32,435 nucleotides of DNA from Nevskiales bacterium (GTDB lineage: Bacteria > Pseudomonadota > Gammaproteobacteria > Nevskiales > DATLYR01): positions 1 through 32,435 of the forward strand of contig JBFKCG010000003.1 of NCBI GenBank assembly GCA_041620675.1, in the 5' to 3' direction. This document shows positions 1-8,077 of this stretch, piece after piece. Under the pieces are notes generated by a model. It was not told the origin of the DNA. It was given only the letters and a program-made list of their open reading frames with translations, and searched no databases. A program made the translations under genes and the position numbers. The stretch's first letter is position 1. Each line of letters starts with the position of its first letter.

Positions 1-1047
1 ACCGGCCTAGAGGGCGTGACCCTGGGCGCGCGCCGCATCCAGGTAGACGACAAGGCCATCATTAACTGCAAGGCCGACCTGAACCAGCTGGTGCCGTTCA
101 AGTACGAGTGGGCGTGGAAGAAATACCTGTCCGCCTGCAACAACCACTGGATGCCGCAGGAAATCCAGATGACCGCCGATCTTGCCATGTGGCAGGACCC
201 GAACGGGCTGACCGATGACGAGCGCATGATCATCAAGCGTTCGCTGGGCTTCTTCTCGTCCGCGGATTCACTGGTCGCCAACAACCTGGTGCTGGCGGTC
301 TACCGTCACCTCACCAATCCCGAGTGCCGCCAGTACCTGCTGCGCCAGGCCTTTGAGGAGGCGTTGCACACCCATGCCTACCAGTACTGCGTCGAGTCAC
401 TGGGCCTGGACGAAGCCGAAGTCTTCAACATGTACCGTGAGGTGCCGAGCATCCACGACAAGGCCGCCTGGAGCCTGCGCTATACCCAGGAACTGTGTGA
501 CCCGAACTTCCACACCGGCACCATGGAGGCCGACCAGCGCCTGCTGCGCGACCTGATCGCGTTCTACGTGGTATTCGAGGGCATCTTCTTCTATGTCGGC
601 TTCGTGCAGCTGCTGAGCTTCGGCCGGCGCAACAAGATGCCGGGCATCTCCGAGCAGATCCAGTACATCATGCGCGATGAGTCGATGCACATGAACTTCG
701 GCATCGACGTGATCAACCAGATCAAAATCGAGAATCCGCACCTGTGGACACGCGACTTCCAGGAGGAAATCGCCGAGATGCTGCGCGAGGCGACGGATCT
801 CGAGATCAAGTACGCCCATGAGACCATGCCGCGCGGCGTGTTGGGGCTGAACGCCGGTATGTTCAACGAATACATGAAGTTCGTCTGCAATCGCCGCTGC
901 ATCCAGATTGGCCTCAAGGAGCTGTTCCCTGGTGCCAGTAACCCGTTCCCGTGGATGAGCGAGGTGATGGACCTGAAGAAGGAAAAGAACTTCTTTGAAA
1001 CCCGCGTGACTGAGTACCAGACCGGTGGGGCACTCAATTGGGATTAG
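1..1047 (+). CDS. nrdB: Class Ia ribonucleotide reductase beta (R2) subunit, 5'-truncated by window edge
   Basis: Frame is open from base 1. Di-iron motifs [15 protein letters not shown] (radical Tyr present), FEGIFF and RDESMH; C-terminal [11 protein letters not shown] tail. Confidence 0.96.
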   Translation, partial: TGLEGVTLGARRIQVDDKAIINCKADLNQLVPFKYEWAWKKYLSACNNHWMPQEIQMTADLAMWQDPNGLTDDERMIIKRSLGFFSSADSLVANNLVLAVYRHLTNPECRQYLLRQAFEEALHTHAYQYCVESLGLDEAEVFNMYREVPSIHDKAAWSLRYTQELCDPNFHTGTMEADQRLLRDLIAFYVVFEGIFFYVGFVQLLSFGRRNKMPGISEQIQYIMRDESMHMNFGIDVINQIKIENPHLWTRDFQEEIAEMLREATDLEIKYAHETMPRGVLGLNAGMFNEYMKFVCNRRCIQIGLKELFPGASNPFPWMSEVMDLKKEKNFFETRVTEYQTGGALNWD

Positions 1048-1084
1048 ATCGGCAGGCCTTGTGCCTCGCCAAGATGTCGAGAGT

Positions 1085-1109
1085 ACGGGGGGCTGTGCCC
1101 CCCGTTTTT
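1085..1109 (+). terminator. Intrinsic terminator after nrdB
   Basis: ACGGGGGGC-TGT-GCCCCCCGT followed by TTTT. Confidence 0.8.
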
Positions 1110-1161
1110 GTATACAGGACGTAGCGGCAACGCGACGATAAATTCAAAACAGGAGATGAGC

Positions 1162-1440
1162 ATGGCAACGAAGACAGCAAGCCCGAAGAGAAAGCCCAGC
1201 GCGGCTTTCATGAAGCCGATGAAGGTGAGTCCTGCACTGGCCGCCGTGATTGGCAGTGAGCCGATGCCCCGCACCGAGGTGACCAAGAAGCTTTGGGCCT
1301 ATATCAAAAAGAACAAGCTTCAGGATGCGACCAACAAGCGCATGATCAAGTCTGACGAGAAGCTGAAAGTGGTTTTTGGTGGCAAGTCGGTCGTCAACAT
1401 GTTCGAGATGACCAAGCTGGTGAGCAAGCACCTGTCCTGA
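1162..1440 (+). CDS. Stand-alone SWIB/MDM2-domain protein (Lys-rich paralog)
   Basis: AFMKP..SPALAAVIG..PRTEVTKKLWAYIKKNKLQD..NKRMI..D..L..VF....VNMFEMTKLVSKHL is the SWIB signature. AGGAG at 1151-1155 precedes ATG 1162. Confidence 0.93.
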   Translation: MATKTASPKRKPSAAFMKPMKVSPALAAVIGSEPMPRTEVTKKLWAYIKKNKLQDATNKRMIKSDEKLKVVFGGKSVVNMFEMTKLVSKHLS

Positions 1441-1491
1441 GGGTGCCAAGGGGAGTGGTTCTTTATTTTGCGTGAAGCGAAGGAGGACACC

Positions 1492-1758
1492 ATGAGCAAG
1501 AAGAGAAGGAATCCGCGTTCGAGCTTCTGGAAGCCACTGCAGCCCAGCCCTAGGCTGGCCGCCGTGGTGGGTTCACGGCCAGTCACGCGCACGGAAATGA
1601 TCAGCAAGCTCTGGCGTTACATCAAGCGCAACAATCTGCAAAGCAAGACCAATCGCCGCATGATCAAGGCCGACGCGGCCCTGCGCGAGTTATTCAGGGG
1701 CAAGGCATCCGTGAACATGTTCGAAATGACACGGATGGCACATCGGCAGCTGGCGTAG
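1492..1758 (+). CDS. Second stand-alone SWIB/MDM2-domain protein (Arg-rich paralog)
   Basis: SPRLAAVVGS.P..RTEMISKLWRYIKRNNLQ...NRRMIKAD..L..LF.GK..VNMFEMT aligns with the upstream paralog. AGGAGG RBS at 1481-1486, ATG 1492. Confidence 0.9.
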   Translation: MSKKRRNPRSSFWKPLQPSPRLAAVVGSRPVTRTEMISKLWRYIKRNNLQSKTNRRMIKADAALRELFRGKASVNMFEMTRMAHRQLA

Positions 1759-1777
1759 CTAGCGAGAAGATCGAGGG

Positions 1778-1837
1778 AAGGGCGACAGATAATCTTTAGT
1801 CCCGGCATGACGGGATGATGAGTCTGTCGCCTTTTTT
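1778..1837 (+). terminator. Long hairpin/terminator after the SWIB pair
   Basis: GGCGACAGA (1781-1789) pairs with TCTGTCGCC (1823-1831); inner TCCCG/CGGGA stem; then TTTTTT. Confidence 0.6.
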
Positions 1838-1939
1838 CTGGGCACTGCTCCGCAGGCCCAGACGCCCGGAAGCTGAGGCGCAATGCCTTGCCAGGATGAC
1901 TCGCACGAACAATACAACCGGTGTGTTGTCCTATTGGCC

Positions 1940-3100
1940 ATGATGCCGCTGCGCTTCCCCTGTTTATTCGTGCCGCTTCGGGCAGGTATCGGCACGCGCA
2001 GCGTGCTGGCCGTGCTGCTATGGCTATCCTGTACTGCCGTGGTGCTTGCCGAGAATGTCGACAAGGAAATTCCTTACCGGCCAGTCAAGCTCGTGGGGGG
2101 ACTGGAGAACCCCTGGGGCATGGCGTTCTTGCCTGATGGCAGTGTGCTGGTCACCGAACGCCCAGGGCGCTTGCGGTTGATCAAGGATGGCCGGCTTCAA
2201 GCGGCCAGTATCAGCGGTTTGCCGCCCATCGTCGCGCGCGGCCAAGGCGGCCTGCTGGACGTGGCCCTGCATCCTGAGTTCAGTAAAGACCCTTGGGTGT
2301 ATCTGAGCTATGCAGCGCCTGGGAAGGGCGGCATGGGCACGGCCGTTGGGCGAGGTCGGCTCAAGGGCGGGCAATTGGCGCAATGGCAGACGCTGTTCAG
2401 CCTGGAACCGAAAACCGCAGAACGGCAGCATTTCGGATCGCGGCTCGTGTTCGATGCCAACAACCATCTCTTCATTACGCTGGGTGATCGCGCGGAGCGT
2501 GACCGCGCACAGGATCTGGCCGATCCGGCCGGTTCCGTATTGCGCCTGCATGACGATGGGCGCATACCCGCGGATAACCCATTTGCCAGCAGGAAGGGTG
2601 CACGTGCGGAAATCTACAGTTACGGCCACCGTAATCCGCAGGGAATGGCGATACACCCGGAGACAGGCCAACTCTGGTTGCATGAGCATGGGCCACAAGG
2701 AGGAGACGAGATTAATATCATCCGGGCGGGTGCCAATTATGGCTGGCCGGTGATTACCCATGGTCGTGAATATGTGACGGGCTTCAGGATTGGCGAAGGC
2801 ACCCATAAGCAGGGCATGGAGCAACCCCTGCACTACTGGGTACCGTCTATTGCCCCGTCAGGCATGGCGTTTTATGCAGGTGATCGCTATCCGCACTGGC
2901 GCGGCAACCTCTTCGTTGGCGCGCTGAAAGAACAGATGCTGGTCCGGCTTGAACTGGCTGGAAATCGCGTCGTTCGTGAGCAGCGACTGTACAAGGGGGA
3001 GATCGGGCGCATTCGCGATGTGCGAAATGGGTCCGATGGCTATCTGTACTTGTTGACTGACGATAACCCGGGTGCGCTGTATCGGCTGGAGCCGCGCTAG
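1940..3100 (+). CDS. PQQ-dependent aldose/sugar dehydrogenase (YliI/Asd, GSDH family), exported
   Basis: GLENPWGMAFLPDG, GQGGLLDVALHP, HFGSR, YGHRNPQG, EHGPQGGDE, NYGWP, SIAPSG and GRIRDV motifs; hydrophobic signal region. Start uncertain. Confidence 0.9.
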   Translation: MMPLRFPCLFVPLRAGIGTRSVLAVLLWLSCTAVVLAENVDKEIPYRPVKLVGGLENPWGMAFLPDGSVLVTERPGRLRLIKDGRLQAASISGLPPIVARGQGGLLDVALHPEFSKDPWVYLSYAAPGKGGMGTAVGRGRLKGGQLAQWQTLFSLEPKTAERQHFGSRLVFDANNHLFITLGDRAERDRAQDLADPAGSVLRLHDDGRIPADNPFASRKGARAEIYSYGHRNPQGMAIHPETGQLWLHEHGPQGGDEINIIRAGANYGWPVITHGREYVTGFRIGEGTHKQGMEQPLHYWVPSIAPSGMAFYAGDRYPHWRGNLFVGALKEQMLVRLELAGNRVVREQRLYKGEIGRIRDVRNGSDGYLYLLTDDNPGALYRLEPR

Positions 3101-3123
3101 CCGTATTGCCGGAATGAGGACGG

Positions 3124-3783
3124 TTAAGAGGACGCCTTGTCCTCTAGCCTGAGGATCAGGGCTTGCAGCCCGTTCTTGCGAAGCTCATGCACGAACATCC
3201 CGCGATAGTTCGTGACCAGGCTGATGCCATCAATCGAAAAGTCATAGACACGCCAGTCATCATTGACCTGATGTAGCCGGTACAGGACTGACAAGGGCGG
3301 GCCATCCTGTCGGAGTATGGATGAACTGACATCCGCCTGGCGCCTGTCATCGGAGTAAACGACCGGTTGCCATTCAAATGCATCCTCATCCACGCTGAGC
3401 AATGCCGCCGAATATTGCCGGATCAACAACACCTTGAAAGCCGTAATGAAGCGCTGGCGCTGTTCTGCTGTCGCGCCGTCCCAGTACTTGCCGAGGACCT
3501 TGTTCGAGATCTGGTTCATGTCGAAATGCGATGTCAGGCGCCGTTCAACCAGGCGATGCAGCTTCGATTGGTCGCGGGAATATTCCTCATGCCGCAGCCT
3601 GAGTTCCTGCATGAGTTCCTTCACGATCCTTTCTGCCAGTACATCGGGAGCCACGGTTTCCGCGTGCGCCGGGAAGAAGGCGGCTTGCCATGCCAGAGCC
3701 AATGCCATGCATAGCGCAATCCAGCCGCCGAGGCTGCTCGCAGGGGCTGGTGGCGCGTTATGTTTGATCAACATAATTGGCAT
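3124..3783 (-). CDS. mlaC: MlaC/Ttg2D-family periplasmic phospholipid-binding protein
   Basis: Signal peptide ending AHA; HFD....VLGKYW..AT.EQRQRF...F, YRLH....WRVYD..IDGISLV.NYR..F motifs. Start uncertain. Confidence 0.85.
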   Translation of the reverse strand: MPIMLIKHNAPPAPASSLGGWIALCMALALAWQAAFFPAHAETVAPDVLAERIVKELMQELRLRHEEYSRDQSKLHRLVERRLTSHFDMNQISNKVLGKYWDGATAEQRQRFITAFKVLLIRQYSAALLSVDEDAFEWQPVVYSDDRRQADVSSSILRQDGPPLSVLYRLHQVNDDWRVYDFSIDGISLVTNYRGMFVHELRKNGLQALILRLEDKASS

Positions 3784-3960
3784 GAGATATGAAGGAGACG
3801 ATCCTGTAACCAGACTAGTGCACGGCAAATCTGGAAGCTATGGATTATTGTCACTATTCGACCTGACGGTCAGGGAATGGTTCAGTTTCAGGCCGATTGC
3901 AGGGTGTCCTGCCAGCGCAACAGTCGGGTAAGCTTGGTTTTTTGGCAACAGAGGCAGCTC

Positions 3961-4215
3961 ATGGTCATCAAGAAGTTTTACGTGCACTGGGACGCGGTAA
4001 CGGTAATCGCGCTGGTCTTGGTCGCATCATTTGGATTCAATCTTTATCAGCGTCACCAGTATCGGACGCTATTGCAGCAATGGGTCGACACGCAATGGCA
4101 GGCGGACACTATGGAAGTAAACTGGCAGTACGTGAAGGGTAAATTGGAAAAATGCGAGGGCGGCGCTGGCACTGGCAATGAAACCAGTCCAGAAGGGTCC
4201 GAAAACACTCGGTGA
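3961..4215 (+). CDS. Small single-TM hypothetical protein
   Basis: AGAGG RBS before ATG 3961; one hydrophobic segment followed by a helical tail; co-oriented with the next genes. Confidence 0.6.
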   Translation: MVIKKFYVHWDAVTVIALVLVASFGFNLYQRHQYRTLLQQWVDTQWQADTMEVNWQYVKGKLEKCEGGAGTGNETSPEGSENTR

Positions 4216-4219
4216 TGAC

Positions 4220-4456
4220 ATGAGCGATAACCAGACACCGCGATCCGGGGAGTTTATTCCTGGCGCGCAGCAGCAGGCGCGCGGATGGCGAGTATTCAAT
4301 ACCCGCATTGTCCAGGTACCAACCTTCGGTGCATTCAGCTTCGGCACTGCACTGGCCATCGCGATCAGTTACGTGCACAACCAATCCATTGGTTGGGCCA
4401 TTGTGCATGGCTTGTTGTCCTGGTTCTTTGTCATCTATGCCGCACTCTTCTACTGA
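4220..4456 (+). CDS. Small hydrophobic membrane protein of unknown function
   Basis: FGTALAIAISY..NQSIGWAIVHGLLSWFFVIY two-helix pattern; starts 4 nt after the previous stop. Confidence 0.7.
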   Translation: MSDNQTPRSGEFIPGAQQQARGWRVFNTRIVQVPTFGAFSFGTALAIAISYVHNQSIGWAIVHGLLSWFFVIYAALFY

Positions 4457-4480
4457 GGCGACGCTGGACGGCCCCCTCGG

Positions 4481-4951
4481 GTGAACCGCATGGCGCGACT
4501 GGCCGTCCTCATGGGCGCACTGGCATTCCTTGGTCCCGTGTCTTACCTTGCCGCGAGTGACTGCCCGCCCTCGGGGGTGCTTACCCAAGCACCGATTGAT
4601 GTGATCAATACCGAGGGTGTTCGCCGCATCAACGTGGAAATTGCAGACACTGCCGCCGCACGGGCTGCCGGTCTCATGTGTCGTGATTCAGTCGCCGCTG
4701 ATGGCGGGATGCTGTTGGTTTATCCCGGGCCACAGCCTGCCCGGATATGGATGAAGAACACCCGTGTTCCTCTGGATATTGTGTTTATCGCGGTCGACGG
4801 CAGGGTCGTCAAGATCGTGGAACAGGTTAAACCCAACCAAACCAAGCGGATTGAGTCGGATCAGCCGGTAATCCAGGTATTGGAGTTGCCGGCGGGCAGC
4901 GCAGCTCGTTACGGATTGCGCGTCGGTGATGCAATTCGTCGCGCGGAATAA
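4481..4951 (+). CDS. DUF192-family exported protein
   Basis: VEIADT...RAAGLM.R......GML, WMKNT.VPLDIVFI..DG and VLELPAG motifs; N-terminal signal peptide. Confidence 0.9.
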   Translation: MNRMARLAVLMGALAFLGPVSYLAASDCPPSGVLTQAPIDVINTEGVRRINVEIADTAAARAAGLMCRDSVAADGGMLLVYPGPQPARIWMKNTRVPLDIVFIAVDGRVVKIVEQVKPNQTKRIESDQPVIQVLELPAGSAARYGLRVGDAIRRAE

Positions 4952-4992
4952 ACCCAACCTCTCCTTGGCAAACCCAAGCTGGTGAGCAGGTT

Positions 4993-5075
4993 AAAAAAGA
5001 CCCGGCATTAAGCCGGGCCCAAGAGTGTGCGACCGGGGGGTGGTCGCGATGACGGAGGAGGAAGATTGTCCGTCG
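4993..5075 (-). ncRNA. Candidate three-hairpin sRNA with anti-SD/C-rich loops
   Basis: Minus strand: GACGGA-CAAUCUUCCUCC-UCCGUC, GCGACC-ACCCCCC-GGUCGC, then terminator CCCGGC-UUAAU-GCCGGG-UCUUUUUU. Upstream FNR-type box at -41.5. Confidence 0.6.
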
Positions 5076-5109
5076 ACTCCAAGGCTGATGGATCAACCCT
5101 GACCGCGCA

Positions 5110-5123
5110 TTGACCTGCGTCAA
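5110..5123. promoter_or_regulatory. FNR/ANR-family (Crp/Fnr) binding site
   Basis: TTGAC-CTGC-GTCAA palindrome (extends to ATTGAC..GTCAAT); minus-strand -10-like CAGCCT at 5087-5082. Confidence 0.65.
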
Positions 5124-5138
5124 TATGGGGTCGCAGGC

Positions 5139-5169
5139 AAAAAGAAACCCCGGTCATGCCGGGGTTTCT
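5139..5169 (-). terminator. Intrinsic terminator of the cold-shock gene
   Basis: AGAAACCCCGG-TCATG-CCGGGGTTTCT with an A-run on the + strand (U-tract on minus). Confidence 0.85.
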
Positions 5170-5188
5170 GAATCAAACACTGACCGGT

Positions 5189-5395
5189 TTAGACAGCTTT
5201 GATCTTCGAAGCCTGCGGGCCTTTCTGGCCCTGGGTGACTTCAAATTCCACGGTCTGGCCTTCCTTCAGTGGGACGCCATTCTGCACTTCATTGATGTGC
5301 GCGAAGAGGTCCTTTCCGCCGCTGGACGGCGTGATGAAACCATAACCCTTTGATTCGTTGAACCACTTGACGGTTCCAGTTCCTGCGTTCGACAT
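5189..5395 (-). CDS. Cold-shock protein (CspA family)
   Basis: GTVKWFN..KGYGFI (RNP1), LFAH (RNP2), LKEGQ.VEF and GPQA; 68 aa. Confidence 0.96.
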   Translation of the reverse strand: MSNAGTGTVKWFNESKGYGFITPSSGGKDLFAHINEVQNGVPLKEGQTVEFEVTQGQKGPQASKIKAV

Positions 5396-5602
5396 AACGT
5401 GTTCTCTCTGTAAGTAAACTAACTAATAGGACACGGGCAATTGCCCGCGGTATGCCAGCGATTGAGACACGTGTATGTGTGGACTTAGGCGTACCAGGGG
5501 GGACGTATAAGAAGACCGCATAAATGCTGCCTGAACCGACTGTAGTCACACTCTAGTCCCTTAATGCCCCCGTGTCGAATGCCACTGGGGCCATGCAGGG
5601 GG

Positions 5603-6175
5603 TCAGGGGCGTTCCGTACGGGGTTTGGCCGGCTTGAAATCGAAGTCCCAGAAGCTGCTTTCTTTCTTGGGTGTGGGCATGACAGCGCCACTGCCGTCGG
5701 GTTGTGCGCCAGGCATTCGCGGGACAAAAGAAATATAGGCCGTTGTGGGTTCCTGGTCGGGAGGCACAAATGCGGGGGCTGAAGTGCCGGCGGGACCAAG
5801 GTGGCGGATGAAGCGGTACAGCGCGCGCAGGTCATCTTCCGCCATCTCACGCAACACGTACCAGGGCATGGGTGGCCGCGCAGGTTTGTTGCGCGCAACC
5901 ACGATCCACTGCGACTCGCTCATCGGATCGAGGTAGAGGCGCAGGTTAATCGGGTAGGTCGTGCCCCAGGGTCCGCGCCAGCCGGTGTTGTCGCCGAGCA
6001 GCCAATCCTGTTCCGGTATCTCGCCGTTCTTCTGCATGTAGCCGGCAGTATGGCAGTCGTTGCAACCGCCGATCTTGGCCAGATAGCGACCGCGCTCAAC
6101 CAGTGGGTCATTTGCCTGTGCGATAACCGAGGTCAAGCCGAGAATGACCCCTAACAGAACGCCCCGACTTCTCAT
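5603..6175 (-). CDS. Periplasmic monoheme cytochrome c
   Basis: Signal peptide ending AQA; VERGRYL...GCNDCHT (CxxCH); GPWGTTY; PPMPW with a candidate axial Met. Confidence 0.85.
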   Translation of the reverse strand: MRSRGVLLGVILGLTSVIAQANDPLVERGRYLAKIGGCNDCHTAGYMQKNGEIPEQDWLLGDNTGWRGPWGTTYPINLRLYLDPMSESQWIVVARNKPARPPMPWYVLREMAEDDLRALYRFIRHLGPAGTSAPAFVPPDQEPTTAYISFVPRMPGAQPDGSGAVMPTPKKESSFWDFDFKPAKPRTERP

Positions 6176-6292
6176 GGCCTGCGACTCCTTGGATGTGCCG
6201 CGATTGCAGGAAATGCAATCCGCAAATGCCGCGTCACTGGGAACTGTGAAACAGGAATATAAAGGAAGTCTCAGGTCAGGACATCAGGGGTG

Positions 6293-7792
6293 CTAATCGG
6301 GCGTGGCCACCGGTAGGGTGAAATGCACCTCTGTGCCCTGGCCCGGCATGCTTTCTACCCAGATCTTGCCGTTGTGCCGCTCAATGATCGCCTTGCACAA
6401 TGCCAGGCCAATGCCAGTGCCCGGTGAGTTGGGGTCCAGGCGCTGGAACACCGCGAATATGCGGTCATGGTGCTCAAGCGCAATGCCACAACCATTGTCC
6501 TTGACGACGACTTCAACCCTATCGCCCGCCGGCTTGGCGGAAATGCGTATGTCCGGCGGCTCGGTGCCACGAAAGCGCAGCGCGTTCGTCAGCAGCTGGT
6601 TGAACAGGGTCAGGAGTTGGGCTTTGTCCGCATGAACCCTGGGCAGAGGCTGTGGCCGGATGCTTGCACCTGCCTGCGCCGTGAGCGGTGCGAGTCCCTG
6701 CTCGGCGGCGGCCAGAACTTCCGATAGCGAGATGTTCTTGTGTTTGCGCGAGACCGAGCCGGCTTGCGAGTATTCCAGCAGGTCATTGATCAGGCGCTTC
6801 ATGCGATGGACGCCATCCACGATGTAACCGATGGCTTCGTCCGAGTAATCGCCCAACTCGCCCTTGTTCTCGGTTTCGAGTAATTGCACGAAGCTGGCGA
6901 TGGTTCGCAGCGGTTCCTGCAAGTCGTGCGATATCACGCGGGCGAACTGTTCAAGGCGCGCATTTGATCGCGCCAGCTCGGCAGCGTGCTCGGCCATGCG
7001 ATTCTCTGCAAGCTTGCGATCGGTGATGTCCTGGCACACACCCGTGAGGCGAATGAGTCGCCCTTTGTCGTCGGTGACCGGTGTGGCCCACGTGTGCAAA
7101 TAGCGCAGCTCGCCATCGTTGCGATAGATGCGTTCGTCATGGGAATAGGGTTGCAGCTCGTGGAAGGCGTGGTTGGTGGCCGCCTCGACACGGTCGCGGT
7201 CGTCTGGGTGCACCCGGCTGAGATAGTCCGCATAGGTGGGCACATGGGTCGCAGGGTCGAGGCCGTAAATCCGGTAGAGCTCCGGGCTCCAGACCGCATG
7301 GGGCTGGCTCACGTCCCATTCCCAGACGCCGAGATGTGCGACACCCTGGGTGTCGACCATCAAGGCATGACTGCGCCGCAGTTGATCTTCCTCTTGCTTG
7401 TGTTCACTCACATCAGTGGCGATGACCATCAGCTGCTTGACGGCATTGGCCTGCCACAGGGGTGTGACCTCTATTGAGTACCAGCCGGGTGACGTATCAG
7501 CGCGCTGACCCGCCGCTTCCACGAACAGCGAGGTTCTGCCATGTGCAGCCTGCGTGACGAGGCGCTTGATGTCAGCGCGACTGGTTTCGGCAAAAAAATC
7601 GGCAAGCTGAACATGCCCGGCACGCGAACGGCTGCCCGGCGGCAGCGGACGGTTCGCATGCATGACGCGCCCGTTGGGTTCCAGTATCGCAACCAGGTTA
7701 CGGCTGTCCCGGAAACAGTCATCAATCCAGTGTTCCCGCGACACGCCTGCGTGCACAGGGGCCGGTGGCGGTTGATAGGCGTGTGATCTCAC
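6293..7792 (-). CDS. Cytoplasmic PAS/PAC sensor histidine kinase
   Basis: Two PAS-like regions (LGVWEWD...VHPDDR...CQDITDRK); H-box SHDLQEPL; N, G1 (DNGCGI), F and G2 (GTGIGL) boxes; no TM segment seen. Confidence 0.92.
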   Translation of the reverse strand: MRSHAYQPPPAPVHAGVSREHWIDDCFRDSRNLVAILEPNGRVMHANRPLPPGSRSRAGHVQLADFFAETSRADIKRLVTQAAHGRTSLFVEAAGQRADTSPGWYSIEVTPLWQANAVKQLMVIATDVSEHKQEEDQLRRSHALMVDTQGVAHLGVWEWDVSQPHAVWSPELYRIYGLDPATHVPTYADYLSRVHPDDRDRVEAATNHAFHELQPYSHDERIYRNDGELRYLHTWATPVTDDKGRLIRLTGVCQDITDRKLAENRMAEHAAELARSNARLEQFARVISHDLQEPLRTIASFVQLLETENKGELGDYSDEAIGYIVDGVHRMKRLINDLLEYSQAGSVSRKHKNISLSEVLAAAEQGLAPLTAQAGASIRPQPLPRVHADKAQLLTLFNQLLTNALRFRGTEPPDIRISAKPAGDRVEVVVKDNGCGIALEHHDRIFAVFQRLDPNSPGTGIGLALCKAIIERHNGKIWVESMPGQGTEVHFTLPVATPD

Positions 7793-8077
7793 GAATTGGC
7801 CCGTCCTTGAAGTACGGCTTGACTATAGGGCGTGAGGCCACGGTATTCAGTAGAGGATTCTGGCTACTGGCCAATCGGCCCGGTTGAACGATTTGAGCCA
7901 TTCATTAATCAACGCGCAGTTCCGGGGCTTTCCTCTGCGATGCGGGCTTTGAGCCAGCAAGGGATTTGCAGGCCGGTTGTGTGATCTCCTCCGTTCGGGG
8001 GGGTCATCGGGGGGACTGAATCTGTTAAAAATACGGTATCTGCAGCCAATGGCTGCCTGCCTGAGCCCGGAGTCGCC

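Noticed and set aside
1-1047. Possible class Ic (Mn/Fe, Chlamydia-type) R2 subunit
   Set aside because: The radical Tyr (HTHAY) and Asp first ligand (SSAD) are present; class Ic has Phe and Glu at these positions.
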